Of a stretch of 64,000 nt of DNA, positions 23,426 through 40,589 are shown one piece after another (within the stretch, counting starts at the first letter, position 1; every line of letters starts with the position of its first letter). The notes beneath the pieces were generated by a model that saw only the letters and a list, made by a program, of their open reading frames with translations, had not been told where the DNA came from and ran no database searches. The stretch is from the human T2T-CHM13v2.0 reference genome, Homo sapiens. A program made the position numbers and the translations under genes. The DNA is taken from assembly GCF_009914755.1 (NCBI RefSeq), contig NC_060940.1; one strand, 5' to 3'.

Positions 23426-24080
23426 ACAAGTTACTGACACACTCCATTCTTCCATTTACTCATCTGTAAATATGGGGGGAAATAATGGTACCTACCCCAT
23501 GGACCTGCCATACGTGTTAGGTGAGTTAATGTTCAATGTGAATTACATGTTTAAAACTGTACCTGGCACAAAAGATTCTGCAGAAATGGTTGGTTTCTGC
23601 TATCATTACTGAGTAAATATTTTATGTTAGACACACTGCCTACTGTTACTTCAAGCCATATCTCTCAGAAACCCAACCTATTCTCTGAGTCCCAACAATC
23701 AGGAAGCCTTATCAAAGATCTGACTTCAGAAATCCTAAATGAGAACAGACTTTTTTTTCTGTTTGTCAGCGAGACACCACTCACTCATCTGATGCCACAA
23801 AATGCATCTGCTTTTGCCACATCCCCTGCTTGGGGAAGCCAAGGATATAGTCAGAGAGCACAGGAAAAAACGCTGAGATGCCAGCCAGGAAAGGTCAGCC
23901 TTGGGGCAGCCTAGACAACTATCTCAGTCTTGCTGGTCCCAGGAAGATGCTTTCTTGTCTTGATTCCAACAGGTGTGCGGGTCCAACATTGGTCCCCTCT
24001 GCTGGAAGCCTTGAATAACAGGTAGACTTCATGTGTCTTCTAGGACCTCAGAGCAAACTGCCTTAAAAACATGAAGTGCT

Positions 24081-24489
<409 letters not shown>

Positions 24490-24873
24490 TTATAATATCC
24501 CTGGGAAAGGATTCTGGGGTCTCCAGGAGGTCAGTGCCCCTTCTCTGTGTGCCACGGTGGTCCACTCCCTCACTCTGTGCCCTCTCCATCAACCTAGAGC
24601 CCTGAGTTGGTTAAACAGCTGTGGCTAGAGATGCAGAGGCCATTTATCCAGGTGCATGGGGCTGAGAACCTGAGAGAGGCAAATGTCAGGAAAGATCAGT
24701 AAAGCTTTGAATGGATTGGAGAAATGAGGTTTGAGCCTTAGAGTCCATGCTGAACCAACACACCAGAAACCATGACAGGTGATGAATGTGGCAGTTAGCA
24801 ACGTGGCAGCCCCAGACAAGAGAACAGGAAAGCCAGGTCAAGAGAGAAGACATGGAGGCGTGTAAAGAACCCT

Positions 24874-25181
24874 GGCCTGGGGCGCGGTGGCTCCCGCCTG
24901 TAATCCCAGCACTTTGGGAGGCCGACGCGGGCGGATCATGAGGTCAGGAGATCGAGACCATCCTGGCTAACATGGTGAAACCCCGTCTCTACTAAAAATA
25001 CAAAAACAAAAATCAGCTGGGTGTGGTGGCGGGCGCCTATAGTCCCAACTACTCAGGAGGCTGAGGGGAGAATGGCGTGAACCCGGTTGGCGGAGCTTGC
25101 AGTGAGCCAAGATCGCGCCACTGCACTCCAGCCTGGGTGACAGAGAGAGATTCCGTCTCAAAAAAAAAAAAAAAAAACAAA
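24874..25181 (+). mobile_element. AluY
   Basis: gagatcgagaccatcctggctaac, atggcgtgaacccgg, ggcggagcttgcagtg; CpG-rich; aaccctggcctgg on both flanks. Confidence 0.93.
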
Positions 25182-25272
25182 ACCCTGGCCTGGGAGAAAC
25201 AAGGCTTGGGCTCCAGGCGGAGGTCACCACTAATTCAGTGGCTCTCTAGACTGCATAAAAAGTTCATGTTTA

Positions 25273-25815
<543 letters not shown>

Positions 25816-25838
25816 GAAAACAGCCCGCCGTCCCATTT

Positions 25839-26381
<543 letters not shown>

Positions 26382-27230
26382 TCAAGGTAAATATCATAGA
26401 ACAGCTCCTATTATAATTGCAGGTCACTTTCTTCAGACAGAACTCAACAAAGAAACCATCATCTGTACGAAAGTTAGGTGAAAATTCAGCTGTGTTGGAC
26501 TCATTGAGGAAAAACACAATATATACAGAATAATAGACATTGTACTTCAGGAGCAATTTCATATACTTTTTCCAAAAATTTGGCTTCTAATATTTTCTCC
26601 TTTCATGATGGCTTTGGTACCTAACCTCCACACAGAAAGCCATTGTTTAGGTTTCACTCACCTGTCAACTTTGAAATGCCAACTACTTGGAATGTCATGG
26701 GGAGGGTGTCTTTAAGGCTCAGTGACAAGGAGTTCTGAGATCAACTGGCAATGTCTGCCATGGGCAGGTGCAGTCAATCTCCAAGGGCTTCCATTTATGG
26801 AAGCCTAGGAGCTAATGAAACTCACCAGTGGAATGCAGGCCAAGGAGGCAGAAGCAGGCAGCCAACTAAGGGCCTGTTTTTAATTGGCAGAGTCCATCAG
26901 ATAGAATTGTCTCTGCACCCAGGATCTGGTACCTTCTCTGACAGCCAAGGGGTCCGATGAAGATCGCTTAAGCACAGGGAAAAGAGGTGAGAGTCGTGCC
27001 ACTAACATGCCATGACATCATGATCAAGTCCCTTTCTCCCATAGTATCAGTTTTTCCCATTGGAAAAATGAGGTTAGACCTTAACAGTTAAGGAAAGAAT
27101 CACATATGTATACTGTTATATACACTTGACCTTGCTTTTGGTGACACAGCGGAATGCAATGCCTCCCTTAAATGGGAGCCAAGTATCTGCAGGGGACCCG
27201 AGAACATGGAACATCACTCTCAGGCCACAT

Positions 27231-27613
27231 GGTGCCTGTTATAGTCCTGAAAGACACAATCTTCAATGCCATAATCCTGAATAATGAAATCCTGAAAGAT
27301 CAAAATCCCTAACATCTAAACCCAAGGCAGGATGTGGTGGCTCACACCTATAATTCTAACACTTTGGGAGGCCGAGATGGAAGAATTGCTTGAGGCTGGG
27401 AGTTCAAGACCAGCCTTGACACCATAGCAAGACATCATCTCTACAAAAACAAAAAAATATTTTAATTAGCTAGGCTTGGTGGCGTGTTCCTATAGTCTCA
27501 GCTAATCAGGAGGCTGAAGTGGGAGGATTGCTCAAGCCCAAAAGTTTGAGGCTGCAGTGAGCTATGATCACACCACTGCACTCCAGCCTAGGTGACAGAG
27601 GAAGACCCTATCT

Positions 27614-27662
<49 letters not shown>

Positions 27663-28201
27663 ATGGAAATCCCAAATGTTGAAATCCTGGAAGCTGAATT
27701 CTGAGGAAGGAAGGGATTCATGCATTTTCTCTGGGCTCTTTGGGCAATTGTATATGCGGTGACCTGTTGCAGTTTCTGATCAACTCATCAAAAGACTTAG
27801 GTTGTCCATCATGGTATTTCAGATGACTGAAGTTACAAAGCTGGATGCACACAATTACCAACCATACCGATATGTGATTATACATTTTGCTTTTCAACCT
27901 ACTTCTTTGTGAATATTGTTTGTCTGCTCATGACTGTTATACCTGTGCAACTGTCATTAGTATACCTGAGTTTCTGCTTGCAAAAATATGCATGTTCTTC
28001 TTGCCTATTCTATTGTGTAAAGTGGCCTATTAAGTGTTCTGTTGTGTTTATATATGTTTCTCAAATAAGTCCACTTTATAAAATGTAAATAATTGCATTT
28101 TAAATAATTTTTTAAATAAATGTATTTTAAATGATTTTTAATTATTTATTTCCAGAATTCTGTTTTCAGGATTTTTATCTTTTGGGATTATGGCCCAAAC
28201 C
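27231..28201 (+). mobile_element. Ricksha-type (MULE-MuDR) DNA transposon, interrupted by AluJ
   Basis: aaagacacaatc..gccataatcctgaat..gaaatcctgaaagatcaaaatccct left end; ttttgggattatggcccaaaccc right terminal repeat. Confidence 0.75.
27326..27660 (+). mobile_element. AluJ with a pure A46 tail
   Basis: J diagnostics; A run 27615-27660. Confidence 0.9.
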
Positions 28202-28594
28202 CCAGACTGCATAGATGTAGTCTTCTATATACAAGTCCAAACTCTAGATTTGAGGATCTAATTACCTATTTGAATTTCTTGGATTTCACAGAGGTATCAA
28301 CAGTGTGATATGTCCAGAATGAAGTTCTGACTCACAACCTCTGTGGCTGCCAAAACCACTGCAATCACATATTAATAAAGGCAATTTCTTCCATCAAGAT
28401 GATCAGTCCAAAAGCTTTGGGGACATCTTTGATCCTTCCCTTTTCCTCACTGCCCATCAGAAAGCCCTCCTGAGTCTACCCCCAAGTATATCCTGGAGCC
28501 ATACATCTTGCCTCATCTCTGCCACCACCATCCTACCTCAAGGCATTATCATCTCTCTCCCACACTCCTGCAGCTGTCTCCTAATTGGTCTCCT

Positions 28595-29196
28595 TGTCAG
28601 AGGTGTTCGAACCAGAGCGACTCCATCTTAAATAGGGGCTGGGTAAATAAAATAATGCTGAAACCTACTGGGCTGCATTCCCAAGAGTTAAGGCATTCTT
28701 AGTCACAGGATAAGAGGTGGGCACAAGATACGGGTCATAAAGACCTTGCTGATAAAGCAGGTTGCGGTAAAGAAGCCGATCAAAACCAAGATGGCTGTGA
28801 GAGTGACCTCTGGTCGTCCTCACTGCTCATTATATGCTAATGATAATACATTAGCTGCTAAAAGACACTCCCACCAGCACCATGACAGTTGACAAATATC
28901 ATGGCAAAGTCAGAAAGTTACCCTATATGGTCTAAAAAGGGGAGAGGCCTCAGTTCTGGGAATTGCTCAACCCTTTCCCAGAAAACTCATGAATAATCCA
29001 CCTCTTGTTTAGCATATAATCAAGAAATAACCATAAAAATGGGCTACTAACCTATGAAGTAGCCATTCTCTTAGTCTTTTGCTTTCTTAATAAACTTGCT
29101 TTCACTTTACTCTATGGACTCACCTTGAATTCTTTCTTGCGCGAGATCCAAGAACCCCTCTCTTGGGGTCTGGATCGGGACCCTTTTCTGGTAACA
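28595..29196 (+). mobile_element. MER41B-type ERV1 solo LTR
   Basis: tgtcagaggtgttcgaaccagagcgactccatctt...ctggtaaca; 4-bp TSD tcct; tandem GAS block present. Confidence 0.93.
28954..28983. promoter_or_regulatory. Tandem GAS (STAT) motifs in MER41B
   Basis: TTCTGGGAA (28954-28962) and TTCCCAGAA (28975-28983). Confidence 0.6.
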
Positions 29197-29471
29197 TCCT
29201 GGCCTTCTCGCTTACTTACCTTTCTACAATCAATTCTACACATAGCATCCAGGATGCTTTTAGTCATATCCAAGAAATTCAAATTCACTCCTCTGTTTAA
29301 AATCCTTCAGTGAATTCAGTTCCACTTAGCATAAAATTTAAATCTCTTCCTTTGAACTGCAAAACCACACATGGGCTGGCCCCAGCCTGTCCCTCTGTCC
29401 TCATCTTGTCCCAGGTTTCCACAAGCCCCCAAAGCTCCAGCAACATTGATTTTTTTTGCATAAATGAGCAA

Positions 29472-30314
<843 letters not shown>

Positions 30315-30552
30315 TAAGCCAAGCTAGACCTTTGCACTTACAGCCTGTTTTGGCCTGGAATTCTCTGTCCACAAGTCTCCTCTGGTTTATTCCTTGTGAC
30401 ACTGGTTCAAATGTCACCTCCCCAGAGAGGCCTTCCCTGATCACACCATCTAAATTAGGACCTCCACACAAGGCCTCATAGCATTCTGTGTTAGTGTCTT
30501 CAAAACAACTGATTGCTATCTGAAACTATCTTATTTTGCTGACTGACTCCTA

Positions 30553-30957
<405 letters not shown>

Positions 30958-31387
30958 TTAATTTCATGTGACAGGTCCCAAAGCACCCATTTAAGGCCAG
31001 AAGATGTTTTCTTGCTGATCTCAAGGGGGTACAAGAGTCCCTTTATTTGGGCTAAAATCAAGGAGTTGCCCAGGGCTGCTTTAATAAGCAACCTGAACTT
31101 AGGGGCCAACGAGAACTTCTGGCTCCAATGGGCTGGTAAACTACTCCCTGGCAGGGTGAATGAAGAAGTGAATTGGGCCCTCACCAGCAGCTGCTATGGA
31201 TGGGTGGGAACAGATGGCTACAACCTCGGAAACTACCATCAACTTCACTCTTTCTCTACAGCACAATACTGCAGTGGCAGAAGGCCCTTTCCTACCTCCA
31301 GCCTTCCCAAATCCTTCAGCCTGATGTATCTTTTTTTTTTTACCATCATGACCCAGCACAACTGTTACCACTAATGCTTTCATGCAG

Positions 31388-31575
31388 TAGAAAGTGTTTC
31401 CAAAGCATGCTCCCCAGACCAGCAGTGTCAGCAGCACTGGAGCACTTGATAGGAATGCAAATTACCAGGCCCCACCGAGACCTCCATGGGACTCTAGAGG
31501 CGGGGCCCCAGCACTCAGAGTTTTAACAAAGCTTTCCAGGAGATTCTTGGGCATGCTAAAGCTTGATAATCATTG
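31388..31575. mobile_element. MER5A
   Basis: cccagaccagcag..aatgcaaatt..ggccccacc..ttttaacaa..gattct..ctaaagcttga. Confidence 0.75.
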
Positions 31576-31599
31576 CTGTAGAAGAAACATGTTAGAATT

Positions 31600-31802
31600 T
31601 GACTCACCTGGGTTCAAATTCCAATTTGGTCTAATTATCAGATGTGAGACTTTGGGCACATGACTTAATCTCTTGGGCCTCAGTTTCCTCTTTTGCATGT
31701 GAGGATTATGTCTGCACCCTGGTAACTCATCCTTCCTTGACTTGTCTATGACAAAGTGTCTCACAGCACCAGGTAGTTCTTTCCCAAAACGATTGCAATT
31801 TT

Positions 31803-31833
<31 letters not shown>

Positions 31834-32730
31834 GAGACTGCACATATACATATATATCCAATCCATTTTGGATTATTGCTCAATCATTTGGGATTACTGC
31901 CTTAGTTTCCCCATCTGTAAAATGGGGATGACATTTACCAATCACAGTACCTCCCCCATGTGGTGTGGTTCAGAGAATTCCATGAGCAAATACAAGGAGT
32001 AAATACAATTCATTTTGTGATTACTTATTTAACCTCTACTTATTCCCCTACTGGATTATGAATTTTATGAGTCTTTGCTCCCCAGCAACCTCCTCAGGGT
32101 CTAGCTGTGTGCCTGGCACAGGGCAGATGCATAACAAATACTTGTTAAATGAATGATGAATGAATGAATGAAATAATATGCATATTCTATACTCCTTGTA
32201 TACTCATTGCATTAATCTATTTATATTCTACCAATGTCCAACTAACCCCGCCATCTGGAACACACTCTTTCCTATGACATCCTTCTGATGAATGCCCCAT
32301 CTAGCCTTTCTTGAAACACATGATGGAATAGTGGCTACGAAAGTGGACTCTGGATCCAGACATCTCATCCAGTTCCGTCAATCACAAGTTTCATGAGCTT
32401 GAGCAAGTGTATGACTCCACTGTGCCTTGGTTTTCCCTTCTGTAAAATGGAGATATTAGCAATAGTGGTACCTTCCCCGTGAGATGTAGTTCAGAGAATT
32501 CTATGAGCAAACACAAGTATAGCATTGATCTTCACACCTGGCTGAATGTTGGAAATATTGGAAAGCTTTTGGAAAACACTGATGCCTGAGTTTCATACCC
32601 AGGTTTCTGATTTAATTGGTCTGAGGTTAGGCCCAGGCATTGGGATTTTTAAATTCTTCCCAAGTGATATAAATATCCAGGAAAGTTTAAGAATGACTAA
32701 TACAAAGTGCTTGAAACAGTACCTGGATAC
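31600..32730 (+). mobile_element. Cluster of MIR copies, an L2 3' end, a (CA)n and a MER5 (32520-32700)
   Basis: Three MIR cores (cagtttcc..tctgtaaaatgg); tgaatgaatgaa L2 tail at ~32150. Confidence 0.65.
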
Positions 32731-32732
32731 TG

Positions 32733-33082
32733 AGGTCATTCCTCAGGATCCATGGGGAATTGGTTCTAGGACCTCCTGTGGATACCAAAATCTGCGGATG
32801 TTCAAGACCTTTATATAAAATGGCATAGTATTAATATTTACATATAAACCTATGCTCATCCTCTCATATATGTTAAGTCATCTCCAGGTTACTTATAATA
32901 CCTAATACAATGTAGATGGTCTGGAAGTTGTTTTTATACCATATTGTTTAGCAATAAGGACAAAGAAAAAGTCTGTACATGTTCAAGACAGATGCAAGTT
33001 TTTTCAAATATTTTCAGTCCACAGTTGGTTGAATTCATGCATGTGGAACCCATGGATACTGGATACCAAGGCTGATTGTACT
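32733..33082. mobile_element. MER2 (Tigger-type)
   Basis: ggattggttc-like start, ggataccaaaatctgcggatgttcaag..ttatataaaatggcatagta..gtggaacccatggatac. Confidence 0.85.
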
Positions 33083-33471
33083 AAGTAAATATTAGTTCCT
33101 TGTCTCTTTTAAGTATTGATGTAAATTTCATTTCCTCCAGGATGTCTTGTCTGCATCCCAAGACCAAGTCGGGTGCCTCTCCCTGAGTTCCTCCATAGCT
33201 ACGCTCATCACACTGGATTGAGACTGTCCAGTTACTCATCCGTCTTACATACAAGGCCATGAGCTGTGTCCCAATGCATGCATAAAGGTTGTGCATAGGG
33301 TAATTCTGAAGAAAATTGGTTGAACAAATTTTCTGCCTCCCTGACTTATCCCAAACAGTGTTGATCCCAGTGGGTCTCAACACTATCTGTGCACCTGACA
33401 CCCCAACCTCTCCAATATCCAACTGCCTACTCAGCAGCATTGCTTGGCCATCAGCAGACATCTCAAACTTT

Positions 33472-33761
33472 GTTTTTGGAGACAAGGTCTCACCCTGTCT
33501 TCCAGGCTGGAGTACAGTGGTATAATCACAGCTCACTGCAGCCTCAATTTCCCTGGGCTCAGGTGATTCTCCCACTTCTGTCTCCTGAGTAGCTAGGACT
33601 ACATGTGCATGCCACCACGCCTGGCTAATTTTTGTATTTTTTGTAAAGACAGGGTTTTGCCATATTGCCCAGGCTGGTCTTGAACTTCCGGACTCAAGCA
33701 ATCCTCCCGCCTCTGCCTCCCAAAGTGTTGGGATCACAGGCATGAGCCACAACACCTGGCC
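33472..33761 (-). mobile_element. AluJ
   Basis: Reverse dimer; TSD acatctc(a/g)aacttt. Confidence 0.9.
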
Positions 33762-34446
33762 AACATCTCGAACTTTAACTTGGCCAAAGCTGAACTCTTT
33801 ATTTTCGTCTCCAAACTAGGTCTCCCATTCTCGCTAACCAACACCTCCACTTTACCAGTTTCTCAGACCAAAAATCTTAGAGTTATCTCTTACTCCTCTT
33901 TCTCTCATGCCCATCCATCCATCCATCCAATCCACCAGCAAATCCCATCAGCTCCATCAGCAAAACATATCCAGGATTCTACCATTACTACCTGTGACAT
34001 TACACTGCGGACCAAGCCACTGTCATCTCTCACCCAGAATGCCCCAGCTCCTGACTCCTATTACTGTTTCCACCCTTGGCCTCCAACAGTCTATGACAGT
34101 CCAGCAGCCAGAATAATCCGACTACACAACAGCTCTGCTCAAAACACTCCAATAACTCCCAGTCTCACTCAAATTAAAGTCTGAAATTCAACCACAGCCT
34201 AACATTTCCTCCGTGATGAGTTCTGAGCTCTCTCTCTGATCTTAGCTCCTATCCCTTTCCCATTCTTGTGGTTTTCTTGCTGCCATTCAAACCCCCTAGG
34301 GCCACCCATGTTTGAAGCCTTTGCACAGACTGTTCCTTCGGTCTGTAACCCTATTCCTCAAATATCTGCTTTGCTTCCTTCACTTCCCTTTTGTCTCTGT
34401 CTAAATGTTACAAGGACACCCTCTCTTACTGCCCTATCTAAAATAG

Positions 34447-34850
<404 letters not shown>

Positions 34851-35123
34851 TGACATCTATTCTTTATAGTCTGTTTCTGCACACACTACATGCTAAAAGG
34901 TAAGCTCTATGAGAATAAGAACATTGTCTATTTGGTCTGCTGCCATGTTCCAAGTGCTGAACGTAATTGGCTGGCACCAGCTAGGTGTTCAATAAACACT
35001 GAATGAAGTAATCTCCTTGGAAGCACGGCATTGGCTGGTCAGTTTACGCTGACGGAATGGAAATTCACGCAGTTGGAAGGAGCACCACTTAGGCATTGCC
35101 ACCTCCTTAGAAATACCACTTGG

Positions 35124-35439
<316 letters not shown>

Positions 35440-36376
35440 TCACTGAGTCATATTTAGCTTCTCAGGAGGGTGGGGAACATTTCTCAGAAGATAAATAGAA
35501 TCTTTATGAGAAGGAGAAAGTCTTGGCATTTCATGGCTTTTCCAAAATATTTTCAATAGCAATTTGAAGGCTATTTGCTCCTCTGACATTTATCTTCATT
35601 TGGCATGGGAAATGGCTGAACGACATGGAGAGGAGGCATCGCTTATGAATGTTGGGTGGTGGCAAAAGAGGCCTCTTACACGAATCTATCACAAAGAGCT
35701 GCCATGGCCTCTTGGCTCTGTGAAATCTGCCCCCACCTGCTTTGATTGATTCAGCCAGGATGCCCCCGATAGCTCAATTCATTTGAAGAATAATTATCCA
35801 CTGTGTTCTAGATGCTGCTCCCTTGTCCCTGGGGAGTTGATGTCGGGAGGTTAGGCTAGTGACAAGTGACAGAGTATGTCTGATCATTGTTCTCACCCTG
35901 GGAGGAGTGGCCAGCTGGGGTCAGGCCACGGGGACATGGGCATGTGAATATCGTTGGCATTGTTTGCCTGTGTTACTGATGATGCTTCTCCCTCTGCTGG
36001 ACTCTGCAGTGCAGACTGCTCTCCCAGTCTGTACCTCCCAAAGTGACATCTTCAAGGGTTGTGCTCAAGTCAGCACCTGGATCACAAGCCCACCTGGGGG
36101 ACAGCAGGTCGCTGTCACAGGTCTTGGGACAAAAGTTTTGTTTGTCCCTCCAGACTCACTCCATCCTTTCCCACCTGCTTGATGCCCCAGGAGGAGAGCT
36201 TCTGTAGTTTACGTCAATGAGCTCCCTCACCTTCTAGCTTCGGGTTGGGTTCAACTGATGTGAGATGCTCACCAGAGATCAGAGGGCAGGAGAAGAGAGG
36301 TCAGAGTATTCATTCTCACTGTTAGGCCATAGACTGGTATGGCTGCACTTCTTCAATGGAAACCACAGGTCCACAT

Positions 36377-36827
<451 letters not shown>

Positions 36828-37125
36828 TTAGGTTTTGCTAAACCTTCCCTCCCAGTCTCAGGCCTACAGGTAGTTAAGAGCTCACCATCGTTGCTAGTCC
36901 CAGAAAACATCATCTTCTTGTGTGGGACTCCCTTAACCCCACGCAGGCCCTTGTACATAGTCCCTTCAAGAAACTGTCCTCAATCATTCCTTGTGGTATG
37001 TTGCATGTTTCCTGCCAGAATTCTCAATGATACTGGACTGTACCTTTAACACCCGTGAATGCCATGCACAAGAATGCATGATGATTCAGCCAGAACAAGA
37101 CCCTCTTCCAACAAATGTCTACTGA

Positions 37126-37445
<320 letters not shown>

Positions 37446-37549
37446 TATCCCAGGCAGTGGAAAGCTGCCTGTGGGTGAAGCTGGAAGGTGAAAGCATGGT
37501 CTGTTTGAAAATTTGAAAGTCAGTCAAGCTGCATGTGAGGTGGCAAACA

Positions 37550-38285
37550 GCCATTCCAGACTCTTGGATTCAAGTTAGAGTAACTGTATTCGAACTAGTT
37601 TATATTGAAAGAGGAACTTTTGGTTCATGCAAGTGGGAAGTTCAACATAGCACTGTCTTCAGGCACAGCTGGATCTAAGGGTTCAAGTGAAAATGGGCTC
37701 TCTCTGTGTGTCTCTGTCTTTTTCTCTCTCCCCTTCTCTCTCTCTCTATCTCTCTCCCCTCCACTCCCCTTTCTCTCTCTTCCTCTATCTCTCTACTCTT
37801 CCTCTATCTCCTTTCTATCTCCTCTCCTCTCTCCCCCTGCCATCTCTCTGTTCTCTCTCTCTCTCTCTCTCTCTCTCCCCCTTCCCCCCACCTTTTTGAT
37901 CCTCCCTTTATGTTTTGGCTTTGACTAATTCTGGACCTATCATCTCCTGCTGTATATAGGTTGTCTTCATTTGGAAGAGGAGATAGCTACCACATCCTCT
38001 CAATTGCAAGACCCTAAAGGCAACATACCACCTCCTCTTCCACCTCCTCCTGCAAAAAATAAAAAATTTCAATGAACAGCCGCCATTTTGAGTCATGTGC
38101 CCATTCCTGAGCCAACCACCATGACCAGAAGAAAGTGGGGTTATAATTGGCTGTGCTGGAGTCACAAGTGTCCCTGTGGTGATTGGGGCAGGATGTTTTA
38201 AGTGGCAGCCCACTGGAGCCACATAATTGATGTGAGAGTGGGGAGAAGTCCCTCAAAGGAACGTTCTGGATCAATAAAAACCACA
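37550..38285 (-). mobile_element. MLT1 (K/L-like) LTR containing a CT tract
   Basis: cttcaggcacagctggatc..; ttgagtcatgtgcccattcctgagccaacca. Confidence 0.6.
37698..37895. repeat. CT-rich polypyrimidine tract, ~200 bp
   Basis: Seen directly. Confidence 0.9.
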
Positions 38286-38929
38286 GATACCCATTAAAGC
38301 CAGAGGTGAGCCTGGAGAAATCAGCAGAACTGCTCAGGAGTCCTGCTCCTGTGTCCCGGCTGATACTGCCAGCTGAGCTCTCCTGCATCCCACCAATGCT
38401 CACATGGCCCCTCAGAGCCGGCCTCCTGTGTGAGCTGTCATGCTCCTCTGTGTCCACATCTCAGTTGTGCTTTGACTTCATGAACCAAACTCTGCTGGTC
38501 CCCAACTTCTCATGCTGCCCTGCCCTTGCCTGTGTTCCCATCTTGCCTCCACCTGCTTGAAACAGCGAGTTGATCTTGGGACCTGGATGAAACCACTGCC
38601 TCCTCTCCACTGTGAGGGTGTCACCAAGATCTGGGGTCAGGAGAATCAGGAGGTCAACTCTTCCAACAACTGCCTATGGGTGGCAGGGCCTCAGACATGG
38701 TCCACGTGTGGAGAAAGACACCAAGGCTTAGAAGGACAGCAAGGATAGGACAGGGCCCCCAAGCTGGGCATGGGAAACCAAAACAGAAGCCCAAAGCTTG
38801 GGAATAGACCAACTCAAGAGAGGGGATACACAGGTAAGGGAAGAGACAAACTTCAAACAACTAGGACTGGATATGACCGGTCCTAGATTCTGTGGCAGTC
38901 TCTTCACTGGGGTTCACATTCTTCTTCCA

Positions 38930-39095
38930 ATGCTTACTTGCTCTGTGGCCTTGGAAGTCACTTAACCTCTCTGAGCCTACTTTCTTATCTGTAAATATCA
39001 ATTTCATGGGACTGTTGAGAGGATTAAATGAGATGATATATGTCAAGCTCCTATGACAATGACTGGCTCAGAGTAGGAGCTCTACAAATGTTGTG
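38930..39095 (+). mobile_element. MIR
   Basis: gtcacttaacctctctgagcc..tctgtaaa..gaggattaaatgagat. Confidence 0.8.
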
Positions 39096-39122
39096 GTGTT
39101 GGTTAAGATAAAGCTAGTTGTC

Positions 39123-39422
<300 letters not shown>

Positions 39423-39429
39423 TAAGATA

Positions 39430-39810
39430 AAGCTATGTGCTATAACAGATAGACCACAAAATCTCAGCAGCCTAGCATAAGAAAAGTTTGTCTCTCACTC
39501 AATGTGGTGGCGCTCCTGGTCACATAGGTTTCCATGGAGTCACTCTGGGACTGAGGCTCCTTCAGGTCTCTCCTCCTCTAGAATCCTTCCATGCTATGGG
39601 TGATAAAGAGGGCATCTGCCTTGATCCAGAAGTGAGACGCACCACTTCTTCTCACATGCCATTGGCCAGGACTGGTCACATGGTCCCCTTTGGTGCAAGG
39701 AAGGCTGGGAAATTGAGGTATTGTCTGGGCAGCCTCTTTTCAGCAACAATTCTCCACTGTAAGAAAGGGGAACATAATTCCTTGGGTGGTCAGCCATCTG
39801 CCTCTGTCAT
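39430..39810 (-). mobile_element. MLT1 (J-like) LTR
   Basis: cacatgccattggccaggactggtcacatgg..gcaaggaaggctgggaaat. Confidence 0.6.
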
Positions 39811-40589
39811 AATTATTATTGTTTTCTCTTTCTTTCTCTCCTTCCCCAGAAATATTAGTTCTGCAACTGCATCAGGCATGAGCTTGGGAAACGGGCTTAT
39901 GTGTATTCTAAGGCCAAGGGCTGGGGAGAGTTAAAAGCCTTAGATGGGAATGACAAGGAGATGACAGCTGGCCCCAACAGTCTCTTCCCCTGCCACAGAG
40001 ACATGCTGATGAGGAACAGAAAGGAGAAGACCCCAACTGACAAGCCCAGCACGTTCCCACCAGGAAGCAAACACCAGATGCTACATTTCCCCATCAGTTT
40101 CATGGCAACTCCTCCTGAGCTGTAAAACAATTAGATTAAACAATTCCCAGGTATTGTTAATAGCGTGCTTAAAAATGAAGTCGATTTGACAGTCACTTTC
40201 CTCTGATGGAAAATATGGGGGAGACGATTATATCTGTTCATAACTCATTTAAACCCTCTTAATGTTTCTTGATGTGGGGCTCGTGCCTCCTGCTGAGGTG
40301 GGCTGATCTTCCCTCCCATGTAAGCAGCCTCCTTCAGAGTCTGGGAACCAAGCCAATGAGAGCTGAATTCCCAGCTGTGCTGTGTAGCAGCAGAGGTGGG
40401 TCACTTCATCTCTTTGAAGACCTATTTCACCTGGGAAAGGATATCTACTTCTCAACACTGTTGGAAGGAACCAGATAGATGTAGCCCAGTGCCTTCCGCT
40501 AGTGAATAGTATCTATTATTATTTGGCATCACTGGGCCACTGAGTCATAGGTTTACATTCTGAGGCCATCACACTGCTCTGAGTAGGAC

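Larger units (their letters stand above)
28205..29460 (+). mobile_element. L2 fragment split by MER41
   Basis: catctttgatccttccc..ctcctaattggtctcct|MER41|..caattctacacatagcatccagg. Confidence 0.6.

Noticed and set aside
24874-25181. Local CpG enrichment
   Set aside because: Explained by a young AluY, not a CpG-island promoter
33081-33755. 224-aa ORF and the many other ORFs with [10 protein letters not shown] / [11 protein letters not shown] / RLECSG motifs
   Set aside because: Alu-derived translations
36089-36105. CTCF-like sequence ccacctgggggacag
   Set aside because: Mismatches in the core; such partial matches are common by chance
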